NCBI GenBank assembly: GCA_964630175.1
Contig: CAZVTS010000001.1
Span: 8,009 to 72,008, forward strand
Direction of reading: 5' to 3'
Length of the DNA: 64,000 nucleotides
Source: an uncultured bacterium
GTDB lineage: Bacteria; Deinococcota; Deinococci; Deinococcales; Trueperaceae
Shown: piece after piece, positions 12,053 through 21,063 of the stretch
How positions within the stretch are numbered: position 1 is the stretch's first letter
How the letters are laid out: the number at the start of each line of letters is the position of its first letter
The notes under the pieces: generated by a model
Databases searched by the model: none
The model's input: the letters and a program-made list of their open reading frames with translations, nothing else
Told to the model about the DNA's origin: nothing
Made by a program: the position numbers and the translations under genes

Positions 12053-15000
12053 ATGCTCCTGCGCACCCTGGGTGGGCTCGCGCTGCCGGGAGTTTCCTTC
12101 CGTCGTCAAAAACCGCTCCTGCTGCTCGGGTACTTAGCCACCGAAGGCCCGAAGGACCGCCGCTACCTGGCGGAGCTGTTCTGGCCCCGTGCTGCCAACC
12201 CGCGGCAGAGCCTCGCTGTGGCCCTGTCGCAACTGCGTGCTGCCGCCGACAACAGCGTACTTACGGACGGCGCCCGGCTGTGGACGCAGCTCGAGTCGGA
12301 CGCCGGACTGCTGCGCGCGGCCGCCATGCAGGGCGACTGGCGCCAGGTGATAGACCTTTACAAGGGACCTTTCTGCGCCGGGGTTGGGCAGGAGGCGGCG
12401 GGCCCTGAACTGGAGGAGTGGCTCTACGGCACTCGAGAACAGCTCGCAGGCCTGGCGCAGCGCGCCCTGGTGATCGCTGGGGAGACCGCCGCCAGCGGAG
12501 GAGACCTGGGCGCCGCCGGCAGACACGCTGAGCAAGCGGCCAAGCTCGCCGCAGACACCAGCCTGGACGATCCGCGACTGGTGGCCCGCCTCCACACCCT
12601 GCTGACGCTCACGAACAACCCTCGTGCTGACACCGTGTGGCACGAGGCTGAGGAGCTCGGCATGTCGTTGCCGCCGCACCCGACGGAACCGGCTCGACAG
12701 GCCACACCCAAAGACACCAGACACAACCTGGCTCAGATCATGGCCCCGTTCGTGGGGCGAGACGAGGAGCTGCGGGACCTGCGCCGGCTCCTCGACGACA
12801 GCGCACGCATGCTGGTCATCACGGGGCTCGGCGGGATGGGGAAGACGCGCCTGGCTCTCGCGTTGGCCAGGACTCTGGTGGAGGCAGGCACGTACGATCA
12901 GGTGTTCTTCGTGCCCCTGGAGACCGCCGTCAGCGAAAGCGACGTGCTCGCCCGCATGGTGAGCGTGATGGCACTACCCACCGATCAGGAACCGCTGGCG
13001 ACGCTTCGTGATGCCCTCTGGAACAACAGAACACTACTCGTGCTCGACGACTTCGAACAGGTGGCGCACACTGCGCCCCTGCTGCTGGAACTACTCCAGG
13101 AGTGCCCGCACTGCCGCCTGGTGATCACGTCTCGTGAGCCCCTGGGTACGCTTCTCGAAGCTCACTACCCCCTAAGCGGATTGAGACTGCCGGGCGCGCT
13201 CAGCGAGGACATGAGTCGAGCCGACCTGTACGGCGGTCTGGAGCTGTATGAGCTCACGGCCAAGCGGTACGACCCGCGCTTCGCACTTGGTCCTGACAAC
13301 ACCGAATCCGTTCTGGCGATCTGCCGCATGTTGGCTGGGTCCCCGCTCGGGATCGAGTTGGCCGCAGCCCTGGCGCGCTGCCTGCCCGCTGCCGAACTGG
13401 AGCGGATGTTGGCCGAGGACCTCGACGCCCTCGAGGGGGCGCTGCCCGGCATGCCGGAACGCCACGCCGGCCTGCGCGCTGTGTTCGAACGCTCGTGGGG
13501 CTTGCTGGATCCTGCGGAGCAGGCCGCCATCGCCGCCTGCAGCGTGTTCCATGGCGGGTTCGGGCGCAGCGACGCAGCAGCACTGCTGGGGCTCGACCTG
13601 CGTCGGCTGGCCGGTCTCCTGGACAAGGGCCTCGTCTGGCGCCTGGGTGGCCGCTACGACCTTCACCCCCTGGTGAAGCAGTACGCGCGCGAGAAGCTGG
13701 CGGCGCTACCGTCGGGCGAGGACCTGCGTGCCCTGCACGCCGAGCACTACTGTGCGCTCCTCGAATCCAAACGGCCCTTCAGTCAGCGGGCTGGTCAGGA
13801 CGCGGCGTTCGCCGAACTCGACGTGGCCTACGCCAACCTGCGCGCTGCCTGGGAATGGGCGGTGGCGGCGCGCCGTCACGACCTTCTCGAGCGCATGGTG
13901 ACCATGTTCTCCTCCTACTTGCTGAACCGCAACCGCCGGAGTGAACATGAGGCGCTACTGGACGCCGCTCTAGAGAGCGCGCCGCCCGGCACGCTCCTCA
14001 TGGCTCGGCTACTGCGCGAGAAGGCCCGTAGGCTCAGGAGCACGCGGGCCGCCGAGGCGCTTCACTTGCTCGAGCAGGCGCTGGAGCTGGCGCGGCGTAA
14101 CGGCGCCCAGGGAGACCTCGCGCTCGCGCTGAACGAACTCGGCCTGGCGCACTTCTTCCTGGGCGACATGGCGCCCGCCCGCACGTTGTGGCGCGAGGCG
14201 CTCACGCTCATGGAGGATCAGGACGACGCCCTGAGGCTAAGCTCCTGCTTGCAGAACCTGGCCATGGTGACGGCCGAGAAGGGCGAGCACGAGCGCCTCC
14301 TGCAGCAAGCCATCGCGGCCGGTGAGAAACACGGGGATCAGCTCGGGCTGTCCGCGTCCCTCACGAAGTACGCGGTGTTCCTCAAGACGGCCTACGGTGA
14401 CGCTGCGGAAGCGCGCCGGCTCCAAGCCAAGGTAGTGGAGATGGAGCGCGACCTGGGCAACCTCGAGAACCAGATGCGGGCCCTATGCGCCGTGTCGTGC
14501 TACGAAGTTCAGCTGGGCGATCTGCGCGCGGCAGAGCGCAGCCTGGCCGAGGCCGCCGAAACGGGCGCCAGGCTGGACAGTGCGGAGCCACGCCGGGTGA
14601 CCGCTTTCCAGGGCGACCTGGACTTCGGCTTGGCGCTGGTCCACTTCTCACGGGGTCGGCTGGACACCGCACGCTGGCACGCGGAACGCTCAGGCTCGGT
14701 GCTGAAGGCGCTGGAGGTACTGGCCTGGATAGCCTCGTACGAGGGCGACGCAGGCCAGCTGGCGGAACTGATCCAGCAGATCGAGCAGAGAAGAACCACG
14801 GATCAGATAGTGCCCCGGTACTTGCTGTACTACGACGCATTGACGTCACTCCTTGTTGCGGACCTCGCGTACTTGACGGGAGCCTGCGATGCTGCGGAGG
14901 GAGCGACCGGTGGTGCGGACGGCGAACTGCGAGCCCGCTCGGCGCTGGCCTCCGCCCTGCGGATAACGAGCCAGTACGTGTTCCTGCCCCTGGCGATGGA

Positions 15001-15271
15001 CGTGTTCCTGGTCGCCTGCAGGGTCGCTCCCGCAGAGACGGGCACCACACTTCTCGAACTGGTGAGGGATCATCCCGCTTCCCGCTTCCATACGCAGCAT
15101 CAGGCCGAGGAGCTGCTGGCAGGCACGCCGTTAGGTTGGGAGCAGCGGCTGCCAGGAGCTCCGCGGCAGGGCGGTAACAGAGTGCCGCCCATAGGCGAGG
15201 TGCTCGCGCTTGGCGCCGACCTGGCCGGCCGGCTTTCCGGCGCCTCACGGCGCGTGAAGGTGGCGCTATGA
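12053..15271 (+). CDS. SARP/BTAD - NB-ARC (STAND ATPase) - TPR regulatory protein (AfsR-like)
   Basis: N-terminal SARP-like region (LRTLGGLALPG, LLLLGYLATEG, ELEEWLYGTREQL). Walker A VITGLGGMGKTRLALALA and Walker B LLVLDDFE. About 500 aa of TPR-like repeats at the C-terminus. Confidence 0.85.
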   Translation: MLLRTLGGLALPGVSFRRQKPLLLLGYLATEGPKDRRYLAELFWPRAANPRQSLAVALSQLRAAADNSVLTDGARLWTQLESDAGLLRAAAMQGDWRQVIDLYKGPFCAGVGQEAAGPELEEWLYGTREQLAGLAQRALVIAGETAASGGDLGAAGRHAEQAAKLAADTSLDDPRLVARLHTLLTLTNNPRADTVWHEAEELGMSLPPHPTEPARQATPKDTRHNLAQIMAPFVGRDEELRDLRRLLDDSARMLVITGLGGMGKTRLALALARTLVEAGTYDQVFFVPLETAVSESDVLARMVSVMALPTDQEPLATLRDALWNNRTLLVLDDFEQVAHTAPLLLELLQECPHCRLVITSREPLGTLLEAHYPLSGLRLPGALSEDMSRADLYGGLELYELTAKRYDPRFALGPDNTESVLAICRMLAGSPLGIELAAALARCLPAAELERMLAEDLDALEGALPGMPERHAGLRAVFERSWGLLDPAEQAAIAACSVFHGGFGRSDAAALLGLDLRRLAGLLDKGLVWRLGGRYDLHPLVKQYAREKLAALPSGEDLRALHAEHYCALLESKRPFSQRAGQDAAFAELDVAYANLRAAWEWAVAARRHDLLERMVTMFSSYLLNRNRRSEHEALLDAALESAPPGTLLMARLLREKARRLRSTRAAEALHLLEQALELARRNGAQGDLALALNELGLAHFFLGDMAPARTLWREALTLMEDQDDALRLSSCLQNLAMVTAEKGEHERLLQQAIAAGEKHGDQLGLSASLTKYAVFLKTAYGDAAEARRLQAKVVEMERDLGNLENQMRALCAVSCYEVQLGDLRAAERSLAEAAETGARLDSAEPRRVTAFQGDLDFGLALVHFSRGRLDTARWHAERSGSVLKALEVLAWIASYEGDAGQLAELIQQIEQRRTTDQIVPRYLLYYDALTSLLVADLAYLTGACDAAEGATGGADGELRARSALASALRITSQYVFLPLAMDVFLVACRVAPAETGTTLLELVRDHPASRFHTQHQAEELLAGTPLGWEQRLPGAPRQGGNRVPPIGEVLALGADLAGRLSGASRRVKVAL

Positions 15272-15313
15272 CGAGCACTCGGGAAGGGAAGTCGAGCTCC
15301 ACGACCAAGTCAC

Positions 15314-15562
15314 CTACCTGAACGGAACCCCAGCCATCGGGTAACGGCATTTCGCGCCAACGGCCGGCCCCGCCCACAGGGGGCCGCCTCCCAGGTGGGC
15401 AGCCCCCGTGAACGCGGGCGACTCCGCCCAAGCGAAGCACTCGCCGAAATCTCCCAGCCGAGCAGGGTGTGCTTCGAACGCGGGAGCGGAGGCCGTGGCC
15501 ACACCGAACAAAGCAACGCAGAGACCGGTGGTACGGGCCAGGTGTCTTGCTGTCATTCGCAT
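15314..15562 (-). CDS. Small secreted hypothetical protein (82 aa, two Cys in the mature part)
   Basis: AAGGAGG lies 8 nt upstream of ATG 15562. Signal peptide MRMTARHLARTTGLCVALFGVATASA followed by PAFEAH. No family recognised. Confidence 0.45.
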   Translation of the reverse strand: MRMTARHLARTTGLCVALFGVATASAPAFEAHPARLGDFGECFAWAESPAFTGAAHLGGGPLWAGPAVGAKCRYPMAGVPFR

Positions 15563-15737
15563 ACGAGGGTCCTCCTTGTTGCCTAGGGCGCCCACTGGTA
15601 CCTGCTGATGGGGGCAGGGTAGACGGCGGAGGGTTAACGGAGGCTGTACGCCGGTTAACGGTGGCTAAACGAGGCGGCTGCGCTGGAGCCCCGCTCGCGG
15701 CACAGGGACGGACGCAGTGCGCGGTACAATCGGCCCG

Positions 15738-16820
15738 ATGCTCGCTTCCAACCCTGTTACCGCTCGTCCAGGCCTGTGCACCGCACGCCGTGGTTCCCGC
15801 TTCATGGTCCTGGCCTCCGTTCTGCTGGCTCTGGTCGCCAGCGCGTCCGCTCAGATCGGTGATGAGCCCGGTTCGGTCATGGCCCAACTGGCTGCCTACG
15901 AACCCGTGCAACTGGCGACCGGCGATCACAGCGCGGCCAGCGACTTCGCCTTCCGCGTTCACGCCGTAGACGACGTGATCGTCGGTGTGAGCGGCGAGGG
16001 CTCCCTCAACGACGCCAACATGCGCTTCCTCGGCGCTCTAGTGGCCGCAGCCACCGGCTACGGGGAGGGTATCGCCGGGCCGGTGGCCGACTTCTTCCGC
16101 AGTCGCAGCGCAGACCTGGTGGGCCAGGGCGAGGTGCCCATCGAAGTGGTTGAGTACCTGATGCATGTGCGGGTGGAGCCCGGTGACGAGGGCGCCCCGG
16201 CTACTGTGGCCATCCGCTTCGAGCCGGACAGGGTTGACGAGGCACTGTTCGGCGTCCCCGCCCACGCGCTTGGCCCTGCCGACGCCCGGTACGTGGTTCG
16301 GGAGTTCACGGACCTGCAGTGCCCCTTCTGCGCCATGTTCGTGGAGCAGGGCATGCCCGTCATCGAGCAGCTGTTGCAGCGCGGCGACGTGCGCTTCGAG
16401 GTACACCATTTCCCCCTCAAGAGCATCCACCCCAACGCCATGGCTGCGGCTGAGGCGGCCGAGTGCGTCGCCAGCGAGGCGGCGGAGTCGGGCGGCTTCG
16501 AGGCCGGGGAGGTAGCGTTCTGGACGTTCCACGACGCCCTCTTCGTGAACCAGAGCCGCTGGGCCGCCCTGGGCGACCCGGTGAACATGTTCGTGACCAT
16601 CGCTTCCGAGGTCGGGGTGCCCGCCGAAGGCCTCGGGCTCTGCGTGCGAAGCGGCAAGTACACGGACCTGGTTGAGGCCGGTTACCAGAACGCTGTGCAG
16701 GACCTGCGCCTCACGGGCACCCCGAGCGTGTTCCTGGGCGGGCTCAAAGTGGGCGATTACGCCAACTTGGACGAGTACTTGCGACTCATGCGCCTTTCGG
16801 ACGCCCTCGCGGCTCAGTAG
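15738..16820 (+). CDS. DsbA-family thiol:disulfide oxidoreductase with an extra N-terminal domain
   Basis: Signal peptide (RRGSRFMVLASVLLALVASASAQ). Thioredoxin-fold CPFC active site (REFTDLQCPFCAMF) and DsbA-like C-terminus (LTGTPSVFLGG). Start could be 15717, 15738 or 15804. Confidence 0.8.
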   Translation: MLASNPVTARPGLCTARRGSRFMVLASVLLALVASASAQIGDEPGSVMAQLAAYEPVQLATGDHSAASDFAFRVHAVDDVIVGVSGEGSLNDANMRFLGALVAAATGYGEGIAGPVADFFRSRSADLVGQGEVPIEVVEYLMHVRVEPGDEGAPATVAIRFEPDRVDEALFGVPAHALGPADARYVVREFTDLQCPFCAMFVEQGMPVIEQLLQRGDVRFEVHHFPLKSIHPNAMAAAEAAECVASEAAESGGFEAGEVAFWTFHDALFVNQSRWAALGDPVNMFVTIASEVGVPAEGLGLCVRSGKYTDLVEAGYQNAVQDLRLTGTPSVFLGGLKVGDYANLDEYLRLMRLSDALAAQ

Positions 16821-16952
16821 GCGGCCACGGCTTCCGGCGCACATTCCCGTGCCGCACGCAGCGGAAACCTGTACATTGGGGAATCAAACAGTAAACGGCC
16901 TGTACCTTGAGTCATGGCGACAGGTGGTTGAAGAGCCTGAGAGGGGCGCTCG

Positions 16953-17663
16953 ATGACGGAAGCAAATCAGTACCCGAGCCTGGTGTGGCACCTCAAGAAC
17001 ACGGAGTTGTTCGAGGACCTGACCCCCGACGAGATCGAGCAAATGGCCCGCATCACGCCCTACAAGCGGTTCGCTGCGGGCGAGATCATATATCACATGG
17101 AAGACCCGGCGGACGCGCTCTACTTCGTGCGTGACGGCATGGTGAAGATCAGCATGTACTTCCCCAACGGCAAGGAGATGATCCTGGGCCTGCTGGGTAA
17201 GTACGACATCTTCGGCGAACTGTTGCTGCTCGAAAGCGAACGGCGCCCTAACCAGGCCGAGGCGGTGGTGGACACCACGCTCATCGTCATGCCGGAAGCC
17301 GAGTTCCAGCGTCTCCTGCAGCAGCAGCCGCGCATAGCCATGAAGTTCATCCAGGTCATGAGCACGCGTCTGTGGCAGGCGCAGCAGTGGCAGGCCGAGG
17401 TGGGCGCCTTCGACGCGCCGGGCCGCTTGGCCAACCTGCTACTCCGGCTCGCCAACGACTTCGGGGCGGAGTCCGAACGCGGCACGGTGATAGACCTGAG
17501 CCTCACCCAGCAGGACCTGGCCAAGATGATCGGTGCCACCCGCGAGACCGTGAGCCACTGCCTCGCGCGCCTGCTCGAGTACGGCGCCGTGCGCCGCCGG
17601 CGTGCCCCCATCACGGTGAACGTTGAGCGGTTGCAGGAGTTCCTCGACGAAGCCAGCCTCTAG
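16953..17663 (+). CDS. Crp/Fnr family transcriptional regulator
   Basis: cNMP-binding domain (FAAGEIIYHMEDPADALYFVRDGMVKI, IFGELLLL) and a C-terminal HTH (TQQDLAKMIGATRETVSHCLARL). Confidence 0.9.
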   Translation: MTEANQYPSLVWHLKNTELFEDLTPDEIEQMARITPYKRFAAGEIIYHMEDPADALYFVRDGMVKISMYFPNGKEMILGLLGKYDIFGELLLLESERRPNQAEAVVDTTLIVMPEAEFQRLLQQQPRIAMKFIQVMSTRLWQAQQWQAEVGAFDAPGRLANLLLRLANDFGAESERGTVIDLSLTQQDLAKMIGATRETVSHCLARLLEYGAVRRRRAPITVNVERLQEFLDEASL

Positions 17664-17675
17664 GCTCCCTCCGTC

Positions 17676-19772
17676 CTACGCACTGTTGACGACGATGACG
17701 GGGCAGGGAGCGGCGTCCAGGATGCGCTCCACGCGCGGGCCCAGGAAGAGCCTCTCAGAACCTGGATGAACGTCCGTACCCAGGATGATCAGGTCGTGCC
17801 CCAGTTGCTCCGCCACCTCGACGATGGCCGCGTCCGGTGACGAGGCCACGCGCACTTCCGTGTGCGCCCGCACCTCGTTCACGGCGGCCAGTTTCCTGAG
17901 CGTTTGCACGATCTGGTAGGCGTTGCCGAGCTGACGCTGGTGGGCAGCCCCGGTAGGGTCCAGCCGGTAGCTGGAATCCTCCTGGATCACGACGTTGAGG
18001 AGCGACACCTGGGTGCTGGTGCCCCGGGCCAGCACGAAGGCCAGCTCGGCTGCGTTGCGGGCGGCCTTGCTGCCGTCGGAAGGAACCAGGATCCGCGTGG
18101 GCGGCCAGTGGCGGTCGTCGGGGCGGCCCTTCACCACCAGGGTGGGGCACGGCGCCAGCCGCACGATGTCGTCCACCACGTGGTTGAACACCGTGGCCGT
18201 GCTGCTGGCACGCTCAGCCGCGCCCAGCAGGATCAGGTCGTAATCCTTCTGCGCCTCGTCCAGGATGGCGTCGGCGGGGTTGCCGGCCTGGACCACGCGC
18301 CGGGTAACCTCCTGCTGCTCGAAGCCGGCCGCCAGGTACGCCAGGTGGGCGCTGCCGTTCGTCTTGCTGCCGGGTGGAGCCACGTTCATCAAGGTGAGGC
18401 TCAGCTCCTCGCCCAGCTTGCTCAGCACGAACGATTCGATGACCCTGGCGGCCTGCGCCTTGCCGGGCCGTGGGCCCCGCACCGGGAAGAGCACGCGGTG
18501 GATGTTGGCCACCATGCTGTCCTCCGCCAGCTCCTCCTGCTGCAGCCGCTTCGCCTCCGCCTCGTCCGGTTTCACGCGTTTCAGCACGAACCGCAGCGCC
18601 GTGGGCGCCATGATGGAGGTGGTCATGGCCATGAGCACGATGATGGAGTACATGTTCTGCGACAGCACGCCGAGCTGCAGGCCGATGGTGGCGATGATGA
18701 TCTCCATGGCCCCGCGTGCGTTCAGGCCCGCGCCGTACGCCAGCGCCGTCCAGTGATCGCGGCCGCCGATGAGCCTGGCGCCCGCGTACGTACCCACGAC
18801 CTTGCCGAGTGAAGCCACCAGGATGACCACGAGCGCCACCAGCAGGAGTTGCGGCTCCAGGAGGCTCTGCAGGTTCACCTTGAGGCCGGCCACGCCGAAG
18901 AAGATGGGCGTGAACACGCCCATGGACATGCCCTCTATCTGCTCGTGGACGGTGTCCGGGAGGCGCCGCATCTGGCCGAAGAGCACCCCCATGATGAACG
19001 CTCCGAGCACCGCCTCGAGGTTGAGCGCCTGCGTCATGGCGCCCCACGCGAACGTCATCACCACCACCAGGGTGAGCAGGCGGTTGGGGCTCGTGAGCCT
19101 GTCCTGCACCAGGTTCAGCAGGTGCCGCACCAACCAGCGGCCCGCGGTGAAGGACACCACCATGAACGCCGCCACGCTGGCTACCGTGGTGAGCACGCTG
19201 CCGGCGGTCACCGCCGCGCCGCTGGCGAGGCCGGCCACGATGGAGAGCAGGATCCAGCCGGTGGTGTCGTCGCTCATGCCGGCCGCCAGGATGGTCTGAC
19301 CGATGTCCCGGCGCATGAGGTTCAGGTCTATGAGCACCTTGGCGATGACGGGGATCGCCGAGATGGACATGGAGGTGGCAACGAACAGCGAGAACACGAG
19401 CCGGGAGCCGTCTGCTGCCAGCAGCGAACCAGGTAGCAGCCGGCCCAGCGCGAAGCCGGTGGTGAAAGTGACGACGATGCCGCCGAAGGAGACACCGATG
19501 GCCGTGCGGGCGTGCCGCCTGATGAGCCCCAGGTCCGTCTCCAGGCCGGTGAGAAGCAGTAGGAAGGTGGCGCCAACCAGGCTGATGACCTCGAGCAGGT
19601 AACCCTGCACGTCGGTCTGGGGCAGCAGCCACGTGCCCAGGAACGGCACCACGCTGGAGAGCAGCGTGGGCCCGAGCAGGATGCCGGCCAACAGCTCACC
19701 CACCACGGAGGGCTGATTCAGCCGCCGGGCCAGCTCGCCCAGCGCCCTTGCGGCCAGCAGCAGCACGGTCAA
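17676..19772 (-). CDS. CPA2-type cation:proton antiporter fused to two universal stress protein (USP) domains
   Basis: Na+/H+ exchanger membrane domain (VVGELLAGILLGP and about 12 TM segments). Two USP-like modules follow (RVLFPVRG...ILLGA; ILVPSDGS...IILGTD...PCPVIVV). TTG start. Confidence 0.9.
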   Translation of the reverse strand: MTVLLLAARALGELARRLNQPSVVGELLAGILLGPTLLSSVVPFLGTWLLPQTDVQGYLLEVISLVGATFLLLLTGLETDLGLIRRHARTAIGVSFGGIVVTFTTGFALGRLLPGSLLAADGSRLVFSLFVATSMSISAIPVIAKVLIDLNLMRRDIGQTILAAGMSDDTTGWILLSIVAGLASGAAVTAGSVLTTVASVAAFMVVSFTAGRWLVRHLLNLVQDRLTSPNRLLTLVVVMTFAWGAMTQALNLEAVLGAFIMGVLFGQMRRLPDTVHEQIEGMSMGVFTPIFFGVAGLKVNLQSLLEPQLLLVALVVILVASLGKVVGTYAGARLIGGRDHWTALAYGAGLNARGAMEIIIATIGLQLGVLSQNMYSIIVLMAMTTSIMAPTALRFVLKRVKPDEAEAKRLQQEELAEDSMVANIHRVLFPVRGPRPGKAQAARVIESFVLSKLGEELSLTLMNVAPPGSKTNGSAHLAYLAAGFEQQEVTRRVVQAGNPADAILDEAQKDYDLILLGAAERASSTATVFNHVVDDIVRLAPCPTLVVKGRPDDRHWPPTRILVPSDGSKAARNAAELAFVLARGTSTQVSLLNVVIQEDSSYRLDPTGAAHQRQLGNAYQIVQTLRKLAAVNEVRAHTEVRVASSPDAAIVEVAEQLGHDLIILGTDVHPGSERLFLGPRVERILDAAPCPVIVVNSA

Positions 19773-19994
19773 CTGAACCAGTAGTTGCAGAACGAGGCTG
19801 TGCGGCGCGGCTGTGAAGGCGTTCAGGGTCGGCTCCTAGATCCGGTGAGCCCTACGCTCGGTAGGTTCCTGCACGGTGGGCGACTAGCGTCACCCGCTCA
19901 CACATGCGGCGAGCGACCCCGGACTGTAACAGTGAGCGCCGCGCTCCGGGGACCCAGGTGCCACCCCGGGTGCGCGAGTGTTAGCGTCGGGGGC

Positions 19995-20306
19995 ATGAGT
20001 GAAGAAGCCAGGTACCTGGTTCGCACCGATTCCGGCGACGTGGTCGTGGTGGTAACGCCTGGCGCTAGCGGCCTCGCGGATGACCTGATCCAGCTGGAGC
20101 TAGCAGCGGAGAACGCCGCCGCCGGGTTCGACATGGTGACGCCACTCCGGGCGTTCGGCGCCAAGATGGTGGACATCATCGAGCTCGCCGGGACGCATGA
20201 GTTCGCGGGCAGCGCCACCATGAGAGAGATGCTCGTTCGTGAGAAGGCTACGCAGGAACTGAAGCGCATCGAGCTGTTCGCGAGGCGCATGGCGTCGGAA
20301 CCGTAG
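19995..20306 (+). CDS. Hypothetical small protein (103 aa)
   Basis: ATG at 19995 inside the 19785..20306 ORF. Composition looks coding and no motif is recognised. Confidence 0.45.
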   Translation: MSEEARYLVRTDSGDVVVVVTPGASGLADDLIQLELAAENAAAGFDMVTPLRAFGAKMVDIIELAGTHEFAGSATMREMLVREKATQELKRIELFARRMASEP

Positions 20307-20348
20307 CGCACCGCGTCGAGGCGGCGCGACAGGCCGCGTACCGGGTTC

Positions 20349-20852
20349 TCAGTCTTCCAGCTCTTCGTCCTCGTCCTCTTCCACTACCTCGCCCAGGTCA
20401 GCCAGCAGCTCCTTGTAGAGGGTGAGCGAGAAGTCGCGGATGGCCGTGAGCGCCGCGTCGCCCCGCAGATCAGCCGACACGCGCCGCTCCGCCACGTCGA
20501 CCACGCTGGCCAGCAGGTCGTCGAACATGGGCCAGGGGCCCGTGAACTCCTCGTCCGTGCTCTGGACCTCTGTCCCACCGCCGCCTGCGGCGTGAGCGCG
20601 GCGCGCTCCGGGGGCCGCCCGAGTGCTGCCGGATTCGCGCGCGGTCAGCTCGGCCAGAGCCTCCTCGGCCGCCGCCTTCTCGGAATCACGTTTCGAGCGA
20701 CCCTGGCCCGTGCCTATCACTTCGCCGTCCAGGACCACGTCGGTTATGAACGCGGGTTCGTGTTCCGGCCCCGTCTTGTCGGTAGCGAACTCGGGTCTCT
20801 CGAGCCCGAGCTTCTGCGCCCGCTCTATCAGGAGCCCTTTTGGGTGCGCCAT
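20349..20852 (-). CDS. Double-stranded RNA-binding motif (dsRBD) protein with an acidic C-terminal tail
   Basis: N-terminal 70 aa match the dsRBD pattern ([19 protein letters not shown]...[42 protein letters not shown]). Ends in [10 protein letters not shown]. Start at ATG 20852. Confidence 0.6.
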   Translation of the reverse strand: MAHPKGLLIERAQKLGLERPEFATDKTGPEHEPAFITDVVLDGEVIGTGQGRSKRDSEKAAAEEALAELTARESGSTRAAPGARRAHAAGGGGTEVQSTDEEFTGPWPMFDDLLASVVDVAERRVSADLRGDAALTAIRDFSLTLYKELLADLGEVVEEDEDEELED

Positions 20853-21063
20853 GCGCCCTCCTAAAACTTGTGAACTCTCCATGTGGTCCGAGGACCCTGT
20901 GGCTCTCATGGCCCGTCCTCGGGGCAGCTGCCGGGCGCCCGTCTCTGGCTGCTGGGCACCGGCCATGTGCGGCGGTAAGGTGCCCATCAGTCTGAGCCAC
21001 GCGCCCGGCAGCTGCGCTGGGCAGGCTACCATGCGGCCCGGCCGCAGCGCCCGGTGCGCTACC

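Noticed and set aside
12053-15271. STAND NTPase considered as an Avs-type antiphage sensor.
   Set aside because: The N-terminal module looks like a SARP/BTAD DNA-binding regulator rather than a nuclease, protease or other effector. The neighbourhood is not a defence island. It was treated as a transcriptional regulator.
16860-16915. Direct repeat CCTGTAC (16868 and 16899) upstream of the crp-family gene, considered as an autoregulatory site.
   Set aside because: The repeat is only 7 nt. It does not form the TGTGA-N6-TCACA or TTGAT-N4-ATCAA type palindrome expected for Crp/Fnr proteins. It is too weak to call.
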